A DNA stretch of 64,000 nt from an uncultured delta proteobacterium (GTDB lineage: Bacteria > Myxococcota > Myxococcia > Myxococcales > Myxococcaceae): the NCBI GenBank assembly GCA_963771175.1, contig CAVYSY010000032.1, positions 128,001 through 192,000 of the forward strand, written 5' to 3'. The notes beneath the pieces were generated by a model that worked only from the letters and a program-made list of their open reading frames with translations, did no database searches and was not told the origin of the DNA. Made by a program: the position numbers and the translations under genes. Below, piece after piece: positions 55,248 to 64,000 of this stretch. Numbering within the stretch: position 1 is the stretch's first letter; every line of letters begins with the position of its first letter.

Positions 55248-58200
55248 TCATGGCTCGGGCATCGACGAGCGGGCGTCCGCGGCCGGGGCGGGCGGTGAGA
55301 ACCGGCGCAGGAAGGCGAGGTTGTCCCTCAGCGAGTCGTCGTAGGGCCGCACGTTGCCCCGTGGGGTGCGGTACTCCAGCAGCAGGTTGTCGTCCGTGGA
55401 GACGCGCGCCTCCAGGTGCCGGCCAGAGTCCGTGGGGTTGGCGAGCATCCGGTCCACGTCCTCGGGGCCCAGTACCCTCGATTGCAGCAGGTCCTCCGCC
55501 CTCGACTCGATGAGGGTGAGGAACGGCTGGAGCGCCGGCGTCTGGTTGATGCGCGCGAGCGTCCCCGCGTCCGGCCCGCAGTCCCACGCACAGGCCACCA
55601 GCACGCCCTGGTTGCCCACCACATAGAGCCACACGCGGGGAAACTCCGCGCGCAACGTGGAGACGACCGAGAGGATGTCCTCGTGCGACAGTCGGTGGAG
55701 CTGCACCCATTGCTGCAGCACGCCTCGCTCACTCAGCGCCCGCCGAGCGGTGCCGTAGAACTCCCGGTTGTAGAGGTTGGCCGCCCCCGCGAACCAGATG
55801 CTGGACACCTCCATGCCGATGAAGTCGTAGGCCCGCGCGGAGAGCAGGAGGAAGTTGCGCCCATCCGTGACGTGCGTCTTCACCTGGGGCCGGTCCAACA
55901 CCCCTCCGTTGACGCTCGGGAAGTGCGCGCGCGCCATGTCCACCATGTCCCGGCTCAGCTCCACGACGTCCAGGTGCTCGAAGCCAGCGTCGCTGGCGAT
56001 GCGCGCGGAGACACCCGTGCCAAGGCCGATGATCGCCGCGTGCCCTCGCTCGGGCACGTGGAGCAGGGGCACCAGCGAGAAGGCAACCTGGGCCTGCATC
56101 TCCCGATGCTGGCTGTCGTCCCCCTGGAACTTGCCGTTCGTCAGCATCGTGCGGACCGGCGTGCCATCCGGGTCCTTGGACTCGGCGATCGTCGTCAGCC
56201 CCCCCTCGACGCTCTCCCGGTGGTCGATCACCCGGCCCCACCCCTGGGCCTGGAAGTAGACGTTGGCCCCGGAGCTCAGCGCATCGAGGTCCAGGGAGGC
56301 CGGCTGGAGCGCCAGCAGCTCCAGGGCGAGTGCCGCGGTGACGAGGGGCACCGGGGCCTTCCAGGCTCGCGCGGCCAGCAGCGGCACCGCTCCCAGGAGG
56401 AGACAGGCCACCGCGAGCAGTTGCAGGGTGCGCAGCGAGCCCAGCACGTCCACGAGCACCAGTCCGCCCAGGATGGCGCCCACGATGTTGCCCAACGTGT
56501 TGAGCGCGGCGGCCCGGCCCATGGCGACCACGCGCGCCCCGGGCCGGCTCGCGCCCACGCACTCCATGGCCAGCGGGTAGATGGCGCCGATGAGGACGGC
56601 CGGAGGCACCATCGCCAGACAGCAGACGACGAAGCGGACGAACTCGCGGGCGGCGAATCCTCGCGTGGGCGGGTGGTCGCCGAAGCTCGCGAAGTAGCCC
56701 GGCACCGCCGCCCAGAGAAAGGAGCCGGCGAGCAGCACGGTCGCCAGCACCAACTCCAACAAGGCCAGCCGCTCCAGCACGGCCCGCGTGCTCGCCAACC
56801 AGCGTCGGCCGAGTGCGGCGCCCGAGGCCAACCCCACGAGAAAAGCGAAGACCATCAGCGAGAACGCATAGGCGCTGTTGCCCGCCACCACCGCGAGCAG
56901 ATGGATGTACGTCGTCTCCAGCGCGAAGGTGACGACACCGCCCACGCCGAGCAGCACGAGACCCACGCGCCCCAGGGTGCCCGCGGGAATGGAGGACGCG
57001 GACGGCGCCGACACGGGCTCCTCCGCCGGAGCCGCGGCCGGAACTCCCCGCGGCCCTCGGGCGAGCCCCAGTCCCACGAGCGCGACCAGCAGGTTGAGCC
57101 CCACGGCGATCCAGGTGGACAGCCGCACCCCGAACGCGGGCAGCAGCGCGTAGCCCGTGAGCAGCGCGCCGAGCGCGGCCCCGAGGGTGTTGAGGCCATA
57201 GAGGAGGCCGACGGCCCGGCCGAGCGACTGCCGCGCGTCGGTGAGATGGCGCGCCAGCAGCGGCATGGAGATGCCCATGAGGAGCGTGGGCGGCAGCAGC
57301 AGCCCCAGGGCGAACAATCCCTGGAGCGGCATGAGGCCCGTCGAGGACGGAGGCGAGCCCCGCGCGACGAGCACGTAGAGGGCGTGCGCCCACTCCATCA
57401 GGAAGGGCGAGAGGGCGCACCAGAGGGCGATGCCCGCCTCCACGAGCGCATAGGCCCGCACCGGGTTGGAGACGCGGGAGCCCCACCGGCCCCCAAGCCA
57501 CGAGCCCAGGGCGATGCCTCCCATGTACGTCGCCAGCACGAGCGTCGAGGCCCGCGAGGTGCTCCCGAAGGCCAGTCCCAGGGACTTGGCGAAGATGACC
57601 TCGTAGCAGAGCCCCGCGAAGCCGGAGAGGAAGAACATGGCCCCGATGGCCCACGTCTGGACTCCGGGCACGGCCTCCCGCGCCGACTCCTCACCCGCCT
57701 CGGGCACCAGCTCGGTGGCACGAGGACTCCGCGCGAGGCGCCACTCGCCCCACAGCGTGCCCGCCACCGTCAGCGCGAACGCCGTCCACGTGCCGAGCGG
57801 CGACAGGCACAGCAGTCTGGGTGCGAAGCGCAGCACCAGCAGCCATGCGACCACGGCGGTGATGGAGCCCACCAGCACACGGGCGCGGGTATGGGCGGCC
57901 TCAGGCGCGAGCGGTGTGCACAGGGCGAGCACGGCCAGGGTGAAGGGCAGCGCCACCACCAGGTCCACGGTGTAGTGGAAGCCGAAGCCCAGCGTGGCCA
58001 GCAGCGTCAGCCCGAGGAAGGCCCCGAAGAGCCCTCGCACCCACGGGCGCAGCCCCCGGGTGTACCAGAAGGCGATGAGCGCCCACGCGGTGTGCAGCGA
58101 GGGCATGCAGTTGCGCGGCTCGAGCGACTCCACCGCCATCGTGGAGGTGGCCAGGAGCTTCTCCAGAGGGAATGCGCCCTGCGCATGCTCGGCCCCGAAG

Positions 58201-58958
58201 GCGTGGATGGGGCCCACCACGGGGAAGAGCAGGTAGAGGACGTAACCGCTGGCGGCCACCCACAGGAACGCGCCGAGGGGCGAGGCCTGTCGTCCCGAGG
58301 GCGGATCCCTCCGCAGGGCGGTGATGACCGGGAACACCAGCGGCAGCGCGCTATAGACGAGCCCGCAGAGCCGCTCCAGCCAGGGCGTGCGGAGGAAGAG
58401 TCGGTACAGCGCCGGCTCCGGGGCCCACCCCAGCGAGACCTCGATGGCCTGGAGCGCCCCATCCAGCGTGGTGGGGCGCAGCAGGAAGGTGAGGCTGAGG
58501 AAGAAGCTCAAGAGGGGCACGACGCTCGCGAGCAGCAGCGCCTCGAACAACCGCGCTCGGGACTCCCACCGCCGCTCGATGGGGCCCCGGAAGCTCCCGA
58601 TGGTCAGCGCCCCCAGGGCGAACAGGCCGAGGAAGACGAGGAACGGCACCAGGCGCGCCTCCCCGAGGAAGACGCACCACGCGGCGGCGAACTCGAGCCC
58701 TCCCGCCACCACCCACACCAGCGTCTTCCGCGACGGCCGCGTGGCGAGCAGCAACGGCACCGCCCCCACGATGGCGCTCGCGAAGAAGGGCTGGTCGAGC
58801 AGCACGGCGAAGACCCGGTGCGGCAAGTGCCCGATCCCGAGCGCCCCGAGCACCTCGGCCACGAGGAAGAGCAGCCCCATCCCGAGCAAGAGGCCCCCCA
58901 GACGTCGGGCGCTGGCCTCCCACGAGGCGGTTGAATCCGGGGGAACGGGAGGGGACAT
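55248..58958 (-). CDS. Fusion protein: PAP2_3/AUR1-like membrane phosphotransferase + multi-TM domain + spermidine-synthase-like SAM-binding domain
   Basis: Intact 1236-aa ORF: FPVVGP, NCMPSLHTAW and GFHYTVDL; FFLSGFAGLCYEV and YGLNTLGA; IIGLGTG, VVELS, DGRNFL, NLYNREFY and STDDNLLLEY. Confidence 0.85.
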   Translation of the reverse strand: MSPPVPPDSTASWEASARRLGGLLLGMGLLFLVAEVLGALGIGHLPHRVFAVLLDQPFFASAIVGAVPLLLATRPSRKTLVWVVAGGLEFAAAWCVFLGEARLVPFLVFLGLFALGALTIGSFRGPIERRWESRARLFEALLLASVVPLLSFFLSLTFLLRPTTLDGALQAIEVSLGWAPEPALYRLFLRTPWLERLCGLVYSALPLVFPVITALRRDPPSGRQASPLGAFLWVAASGYVLYLLFPVVGPIHAFGAEHAQGAFPLEKLLATSTMAVESLEPRNCMPSLHTAWALIAFWYTRGLRPWVRGLFGAFLGLTLLATLGFGFHYTVDLVVALPFTLAVLALCTPLAPEAAHTRARVLVGSITAVVAWLLVLRFAPRLLCLSPLGTWTAFALTVAGTLWGEWRLARSPRATELVPEAGEESAREAVPGVQTWAIGAMFFLSGFAGLCYEVIFAKSLGLAFGSTSRASTLVLATYMGGIALGSWLGGRWGSRVSNPVRAYALVEAGIALWCALSPFLMEWAHALYVLVARGSPPSSTGLMPLQGLFALGLLLPPTLLMGISMPLLARHLTDARQSLGRAVGLLYGLNTLGAALGALLTGYALLPAFGVRLSTWIAVGLNLLVALVGLGLARGPRGVPAAAPAEEPVSAPSASSIPAGTLGRVGLVLLGVGGVVTFALETTYIHLLAVVAGNSAYAFSLMVFAFLVGLASGAALGRRWLASTRAVLERLALLELVLATVLLAGSFLWAAVPGYFASFGDHPPTRGFAAREFVRFVVCCLAMVPPAVLIGAIYPLAMECVGASRPGARVVAMGRAAALNTLGNIVGAILGGLVLVDVLGSLRTLQLLAVACLLLGAVPLLAARAWKAPVPLVTAALALELLALQPASLDLDALSSGANVYFQAQGWGRVIDHRESVEGGLTTIAESKDPDGTPVRTMLTNGKFQGDDSQHREMQAQVAFSLVPLLHVPERGHAAIIGLGTGVSARIASDAGFEHLDVVELSRDMVDMARAHFPSVNGGVLDRPQVKTHVTDGRNFLLLSARAYDFIGMEVSSIWFAGAANLYNREFYGTARRALSERGVLQQWVQLHRLSHEDILSVVSTLRAEFPRVWLYVVGNQGVLVACAWDCGPDAGTLARINQTPALQPFLTLIESRAEDLLQSRVLGPEDVDRMLANPTDSGRHLEARVSTDDNLLLEYRTPRGNVRPYDDSLRDNLAFLRRFSPPAPAADARSSMPEP

Positions 58959-59056
58959 GCGCCCAGTGTAGCCCGGGAAATTCCAGGGGCAGAAGCAAGG
59001 GAGCGAGCCCTGGGCATGGCGCTAATATGCCGCCCCCCAACCCGCAGGAGCCTCCC

Positions 59057-59563
59057 ATGTCCGAGAAGAGCCCCGCCGCGCCCAAGTCCCCGCTCTCCCG
59101 CGCCGCCGATCGTGCCAGCGTCCCCGAGGAGTCGCAGCAGCACCCGCTCAATCCCAACTCGGAGATCCGCGGCCAATCGCTGAGCGACCTCGTGGGCCTG
59201 CGCCGCACCGGCGTCCACCTCCTGCGCATCCCTCCCGGCAAGGAGTCCTTCGTCTACCACTCGCACCAGCTCGAGGAGGAGTGGATGTACGTGCTGTCCG
59301 GCCGCGGCATCGCGGAGATCGGCGACGCGCAGCACGAGGTGGGCCCCGGCGACTTCCTCGGCTTCCCCACCCCGTCCGTCGGGCACCACCTGCGCAACCC
59401 CTTCTCCGAGGACCTCGTCTACCTCTCCGGCGGCGAGCGGCGCGAGATGGAGGTCGCCGACTTTCCTCGTCACAACAAGCGCATGGTCCGCGTCGGGCCC
59501 AACGTCACCCTCTGTCCGCTCGACCAGGTGGAGACGTTCACCATTCCCGGAAGCAATGACTAA
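59057..59563 (+). CDS. Cupin domain protein
   Basis: YHSHQLEEEWMYVLSG and GPGDFLGFP...HHLRN metal-binding cupin motifs; AGGAG RBS. Confidence 0.88.
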   Translation: MSEKSPAAPKSPLSRAADRASVPEESQQHPLNPNSEIRGQSLSDLVGLRRTGVHLLRIPPGKESFVYHSHQLEEEWMYVLSGRGIAEIGDAQHEVGPGDFLGFPTPSVGHHLRNPFSEDLVYLSGGERREMEVADFPRHNKRMVRVGPNVTLCPLDQVETFTIPGSND

Positions 59564-59575
59564 CTTCAGGGGGCG

Positions 59576-61270
59576 ATGAACCAGGCCCCTCCGCACAGCC
59601 TCGACGCCTTCGTCCGACTCCGCGCCTCGTTCTTCGAGCGCTACCTCCAGACCCAGCCCGAGGAGGCCACCACCCTCGGGCTCCACCACCTGGATGATCG
59701 GCTGAAGGACCTCTCCTCCTCCGCGCTCGGCGACGAGTACGCCTTCCATCGCGACGTCCTCGCGCGGCTCGAACGGCTGCCCCCAGAGGAGCTCCCCCCG
59801 GAGGCCCAGCTCGATCGGCTGGCGATGCTCGGCGTCACCCGGTTCCACGTCCACGCCTACGAGGACCTGCGCAGCCACCGGCGGAATGTCGAGCTGTCGA
59901 CCTATCCGCACACGATGCTGCAGTACCAGATCGGTCAGGCCGAGACGGCCGAGGACTGGTCCGCCATCGCCAGCCGGACCGCGCGCATCCCCACCTTCCT
60001 CCGGCAGCAGGAGCAACTCCTCGCCGAGGGTCTCGCCACGGGCGAGCTGCCGGACGTCCACATCGTCCAGGACTTCGAGGAGGACCAGCTCCCCGTCATC
60101 GTGCGCTACTTCGACCACCTCCCGGCCCTGCCCGGGGCGCACCAGGTGACGCTCTCGGGAGCCGATTCCCGGGCCCTCCAACAGGCGTCCTGGGACGCTC
60201 GGGAGGCCTTCGCCACCCACCGCCAGTTCCTCCGCGAGCGCGTGCTGCCCCACGCGCGCCCGGGTGTCGTGCTCGGCGAGGACGAGTACCGGTGGCGGCT
60301 CCAGCACATGTTCGGCCTCACCGCCTCGCCCGAGGAGTTGGTGCGCCAGGCCGAGGACGTGCTCGCCCGGGCCCAGGAGTCCATCGTCCAGCTCGCCGGC
60401 CAGCTCGGCGCGCCCCTCTCCAACCTGGCCGAGGCCCGCGCGCTCCTCGCCCAACTGGAGACGGAGAGCCCCGCTCGGGACGAGGACGTCATCCCCCTCT
60501 ACCGGGGGCTCATCGAGCGCGCCGAGACCTTCATCCACGAGCAGGGGATGTTCAACGTGCCCGCCGGCTACCGGCTGGGACTGAAGTACCTGCCCCCGGG
60601 CATGGTGGACGTGCGGGGCACCAACTGGCCCGCGCCGCTGCTCGACTCGCGCAAGGTGGGCTGGTTCGTGCTGGCCCCCATGGCGGCTGCCCACCCCACC
60701 GTCTGGGCCGCGCTGCTCGCGGTGCACGAGGGCATCCCGGGCCACTTCCTTCAGAGCGTCGCCTGGCAGCGCGGCTTCTCCCAGCACCCGGCCCCGGTGC
60801 GCTTCCTCCTGGTGACGGACCACGTGGCCATGGCGCGAAGCCACTTCGGCCCCATGCTCAACATCGAGGGCTACGCCACCTACGCCGAGGAGCGGATGCG
60901 GCGCGCGGGCTTCTACTCCGCCCCCGAGGCCCTCACCGCACTGGTGGCCCGGGCGCTGCGCGCGGTGCGCGTGGTGGTGGACATCGGCCTCCACACCCGG
61001 CGCATGAACGACGAGGAGGCGGTGCGCTACCTCGTGCACCACGCCTGCATGCCGGAGCCCAACGCCCACCGCGAGGTGCTGCGCTACAAGCGCATCCCCC
61101 TGCAGGCCATCACCTACCTGCTCGGCGCGCTCGAGTTCGAGCAACTGGAGGCGGACTGCCGGCGAGAGCGTGGGAGTCGCTTCGACGAGGCCGCCTTCCA
61201 CGACGAGCTCTTCTCGTTCGGCCCCGTGCCTCCCGCGCTCCTGCGGCGCTTCATGCTGGCCGCGCCGTGA
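59576..61270 (+). CDS. DUF885 family protein (zincin-like), no signal peptide
   Basis: PEEATTLG, HEGIPGHFLQ, EGYATYAE, RAVRVVVDIGLH and EVLRY...QAITYLLG. Confidence 0.88.
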   Translation: MNQAPPHSLDAFVRLRASFFERYLQTQPEEATTLGLHHLDDRLKDLSSSALGDEYAFHRDVLARLERLPPEELPPEAQLDRLAMLGVTRFHVHAYEDLRSHRRNVELSTYPHTMLQYQIGQAETAEDWSAIASRTARIPTFLRQQEQLLAEGLATGELPDVHIVQDFEEDQLPVIVRYFDHLPALPGAHQVTLSGADSRALQQASWDAREAFATHRQFLRERVLPHARPGVVLGEDEYRWRLQHMFGLTASPEELVRQAEDVLARAQESIVQLAGQLGAPLSNLAEARALLAQLETESPARDEDVIPLYRGLIERAETFIHEQGMFNVPAGYRLGLKYLPPGMVDVRGTNWPAPLLDSRKVGWFVLAPMAAAHPTVWAALLAVHEGIPGHFLQSVAWQRGFSQHPAPVRFLLVTDHVAMARSHFGPMLNIEGYATYAEERMRRAGFYSAPEALTALVARALRAVRVVVDIGLHTRRMNDEEAVRYLVHHACMPEPNAHREVLRYKRIPLQAITYLLGALEFEQLEADCRRERGSRFDEAAFHDELFSFGPVPPALLRRFMLAAP

Positions 61271-61700
61271 AATCGGCGAGCCAGCCCAGGTAACGCGTAT
61301 CGCCCCCGCCCTGGCCTCGCACGCGGTGGAGGCCCCGCTTGAAGAGGGCGTAGGTGCGGAAGAAGGCCGCGAGCCCCACCCTGTCCACCGCTCGCAGGGG
61401 CCGCGTGCTGCAGATGACCTTGGGGTCGGCGCACCCGGCGTCGAGGAACTTGATGACCCCCACCACGGGAACGCGCACGCGCTCGCCCCGGCGCAGGCGA
61501 GGGCCGAGCACCACCACATCCAGCGGATCCCCATCTCCCGATTGAAGCCCGGGGATGCAGCCGTAGTTGTAGGGACATGGCAGCGGGGAGATGAAGTCCA
61601 CGCTCCCGTCGGCCCGCCGCTTCACCAGGGACCAGCGGGGGGACTCGACGAGGACCTCGGGCTCTCGCGGGAGCTCCGGCGGAAGGGCGAAATCGAACAC
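61251..61700 (-). CDS. Family I inorganic pyrophosphatase-like protein (short)
   Basis: PYNYGCIP, DGDPLDVVVL, DPKVI and FFRTY. Confidence 0.85.
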   Translation of the reverse strand: MFDFALPPELPREPEVLVESPRWSLVKRRADGSVDFISPLPCPYNYGCIPGLQSGDGDPLDVVVLGPRLRRGERVRVPVVGVIKFLDAGCADPKVICSTRPLRAVDRVGLAAFFRTYALFKRGLHRVRGQGGGDTRYLGWLADFTARPA

Positions 61701-61954
61701 CCGGGCTGTCTAGCACGAGAAGTCCCCTTGCTCGTCCGGCGTCCGAGGGAGCCGGCCCTCGCGTGGGCCCGGTGCTCCCTCCCGCGAGCGTCCGCCTTCG
61801 TCCGTGAGGGAACGCTCGCGGTGGAAGGTGCTCCACACAAGGCATGGGGCTCTGTGAACCCGGGCACGGCGGCATCCCTGGAAAGTTTGACCGCCCCTGG
61901 CTCCGGCCCGGGCGCCTGTCCACCTCCTCTCCTCAGGCGGGAAAGGAGCGTGCG

Positions 61955-63676
61955 ATGCGGGGGCGTTGGGGACTTCTCGGCCTACTGGCCGTGGTGGCGT
62001 GTACGGGGGGAGGGAAAGCTCCCATGGAGCTGGGCCACGCGGAGTGCACGGACGTGACCCAGGGCTCCCTCCCCGAGCGGGAGCTGGACGCAGCCTCGGG
62101 GGATGGTCGCGAGGCCGTCATCGTGCGCTACCGCTCCGGCGCCCGGGTGAGCGCGGCCAGAGTGCAGCGCCTCGGTGGCCAGGTGAAGGCGCAGTACCAC
62201 TCCGTCTCAGCGGTGGCCGCGCGAGTGACGCCCGAGGAGCGCGCCCGGCTCGCCGCGGATCCGGACGTGGAGCGCATCGAGCCGGACCTGGAGCTGCGAC
62301 CGCTCGGGTTGCCCGTGCTCGCACCGACCGCGTTGCTCGCGGCTCCCAGGACGACCGGCTCCGTGGATGAGTACACCGCCACGCTGCGGCTCGTGCAGGC
62401 GCCGAGTGTGTGGGACGCCAACGAGGACGGCGTGCTCGACCCGGGAGCCCCGACGGGCGAGCGCATCAAGGTGTGCATCATCGACAGCGGCATCGACCGG
62501 CGGCACCCCGAGCTGGAGGCGGCCTACACGGGCGGCCATGACTTCGTGGACGACGACGAGGACCCGAGCGACGAGACGGACGGCGTGCGGGGCATCGGCC
62601 ACGGCACACACGTGGCGGGCATCATCGCGGCGCAGCTCGGCTCGGGGGGCACGACCTACCCGGGCATGAGCCCGGGCGGCATGGTGGGCGTGGCCCCCGG
62701 GGCGGAGCTGCTGATCGCCCGGGTGCTCAACGTGCAGGAGCGAGCCAGCGTCAGCGACGTGCTCTCGGCGCTCGAGTGGTGCCAGCAGCAGGGGGCGAAG
62801 GTCGCCTCGCTGTCACTCGGCAGCCCGGCGGACATGGGGAGCACGGCGCGGGATGCCTTCCAGGCCGCGTACGATGGCGGGATGCTCATCGTCGCGGCGT
62901 CGGGGAACGACAGCGACCCCGATCACGAGGCGCCCCTGAGCTACCCGGCGGCCTTCCCCTCCGTGTTGGCCGTGGGGGCGGTGGACTCGGCGGAGGAGGT
63001 GGCCTCCTTCTCCAACCGGGGCCAGGGGCTGAGCCTGGTGGCGCCCGGCGTGGAAGTGCTCTCCTCCGTCTCCGTGAAGGGGGCCACCGTATCGGCGCTC
63101 GACGTGGAGGGGGAAGCGTATCGCTCCCGCTCGCTCATCTTCGCACCGGCCGGCGAGTTCACGGGCGAGCTCGTCGATTGCGGCGTGGGCGAGTCCCGCG
63201 GGTGTCTGGCCGGCTCGTGCGAGGGCTTCGTGGCCTACGTGCGGCTGATTCCGGGCAACTCGCCCGCGCGCATGGCGAACAACGTCATCAAGCAGGGCGC
63301 GAAGGCCATCATCGTCGGTGCCGACGAGTCCGAGACGCTGGAGTGGCAGATAGCGCTGGACGGGCCGGGGAAGAAGTGGGTGCCCACGCTGGCGGTGGGC
63401 CGCGAGTCGCGCGCCACCGTGCTCAAGAACCTGGGCAAGCAGGTCCACGTGAACCTGCAGGGGGTGGACTACGCGTGGTTCCCGGGGACCTCGATGGCGG
63501 CCCCCCATGTATCGGCGGTGGCGGCGCTCGTGTGGAGCGCGCGGCCGACGATGAAGCCCGCCGAGGTGCGTGAGTTGATGGAGCGCACCGCGAAGGACCT
63601 GGGCGAGCCGGGTCGCGACCCGAGTTACGGCTACGGGCTGGTGCAGGCGAAGGCGGCGCTCGACGCGCTCAAGTAG
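61955..63676 (+). CDS. S8 subtilisin-like serine protease lipoprotein with I9-like propeptide and PA-like insert
   Basis: AVVAC lipobox; catalytic IIDSGID, HGTHVAG and GTSMAAPHV; AASGN oxyanion motif. Confidence 0.93.
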   Translation: MRGRWGLLGLLAVVACTGGGKAPMELGHAECTDVTQGSLPERELDAASGDGREAVIVRYRSGARVSAARVQRLGGQVKAQYHSVSAVAARVTPEERARLAADPDVERIEPDLELRPLGLPVLAPTALLAAPRTTGSVDEYTATLRLVQAPSVWDANEDGVLDPGAPTGERIKVCIIDSGIDRRHPELEAAYTGGHDFVDDDEDPSDETDGVRGIGHGTHVAGIIAAQLGSGGTTYPGMSPGGMVGVAPGAELLIARVLNVQERASVSDVLSALEWCQQQGAKVASLSLGSPADMGSTARDAFQAAYDGGMLIVAASGNDSDPDHEAPLSYPAAFPSVLAVGAVDSAEEVASFSNRGQGLSLVAPGVEVLSSVSVKGATVSALDVEGEAYRSRSLIFAPAGEFTGELVDCGVGESRGCLAGSCEGFVAYVRLIPGNSPARMANNVIKQGAKAIIVGADESETLEWQIALDGPGKKWVPTLAVGRESRATVLKNLGKQVHVNLQGVDYAWFPGTSMAAPHVSAVAALVWSARPTMKPAEVRELMERTAKDLGEPGRDPSYGYGLVQAKAALDALK

Positions 63677-63680
63677 CTCA

Positions 63681-63709
63681 CCCCTCTGTGGGCGAGGGTC
63701 AGGGTGGGG
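63681..63709. repeat. Degenerate REP-like extragenic element
   Basis: CCCCTCTGTGGGCGAGGGTCAGGGTGGGG right after the protease stop; resembles the CCCTC...GAGGG-GGGTGAGGG elements of GC-rich bacteria. Confidence 0.35.
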
Positions 63710-63727
63710 ATAGTCTCCCGGTGAGCC

Positions 63728-64000
63728 ATGCCCACCGAGCCCACCCTGCTGCGCTACATGACGCGCTTCCGCTGCATCGCGGAGCGCTGTGAGGACACCT
63801 GCTGCAGTGGGCTCCGGGTGCCCGTGAGCGAGGCACACTGGCACCGGATGCAGGCGGCGGTGGCGGGCAGCCCGGAGGAGTCGGAGCGCCTGTATCAACT
63901 CGTGCTCCCGAACCCAGACGGGGCCTCCGCCACGGAGCACGCCTTCATCCAGATGCGCCCGGACGGGCACTGCCCCTTCCTGGACACGGAGCGGCTCTGC
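63728..64000 (+). CDS. FliB/YkgJ-type cysteine-cluster protein (flagellin lysine-N-methylase family), truncated by window end
   Basis: My translation: MPTEPTLLRYMTRFRCIAERCEDTCCSG...DGHCPFLDTERLC (Cx4Cx3CC and CPFL motifs); absent from the supplied ORF track because it has no stop in the window. Confidence 0.8.
   Translation, partial: MPTEPTLLRYMTRFRCIAERCEDTCCSGLRVPVSEAHWHRMQAAVAGSPEESERLYQLVLPNPDGASATEHAFIQMRPDGHCPFLDTERLC

Noticed and set aside
55416..58934. 1172-aa plus-strand ORF
   Set aside because: Antisense shadow of the motif-rich fusion gene; long stop-free antisense frames are expected at this GC content and it has no recognisable motifs
58604..61534. 976-aa minus-strand ORF
   Set aside because: Antisense to the cupin and DUF885 genes, which have clear motifs and RBSs

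Overview
Very GC-rich myxobacterial chromosomal window (Myxococcaceae/Archangiaceae-like, inferred from the carD-carG pair, AT-hook CarD and gene style). Contents from left to right: (1) 1-14.0 kb, minus strand: first part of the dcw cluster (mraZ, an inserted STAS-domain gene, rsmH, ftsL, ftsI, murE, murF, mraY, murD, ftsW, murG, murC, partial murB), with a sigma70-like promoter and 10-bp-phased GTGG MraZ boxes. (2) 14-25.6 kb: lipoproteins, a tandem PilZ protein, acyl-CoA dehydrogenase, App1-like phosphatase, carD-carG and a GT-C glycosyltransferase pair. (3) 25.6-30.6 kb: a probable gamma-glutamylation amine catabolic module (ALDH, Fe-ADH, GS-like ligase, class I GATase). (4) 31-42.6 kb: AI-2E transporter, rho, ligA, acylphosphatase, rne/rng with a long structured leader, YihY-wHTH and an IHF/HU gene. 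(5) 42.6-51.6 kb: an 11-gene type III secretion-like cluster with no ATPase or secretin. Its first gene carries a C-terminus strongly resembling the needle subunit SctF/PrgI and is followed by SctI-, SctJ-, SctK/FliG-, SctQ-, FliO-like genes and sctRSTUV. (6) 51.8-64 kb: PilZ, response regulator, orphan ABC permease, a 1236-aa PAP2/AUR1-like + membrane + SAM-dependent transferase fusion, cupin, DUF885, pyrophosphatase, lipoprotein subtilase and a partial FliB-like gene. Many genes, including essential ones, are broken by single-base indels. These are best read as long-read consensus errors, so the affected coordinates are reconstructions. I found no rRNA, tRNA, CRISPR array or transposase.
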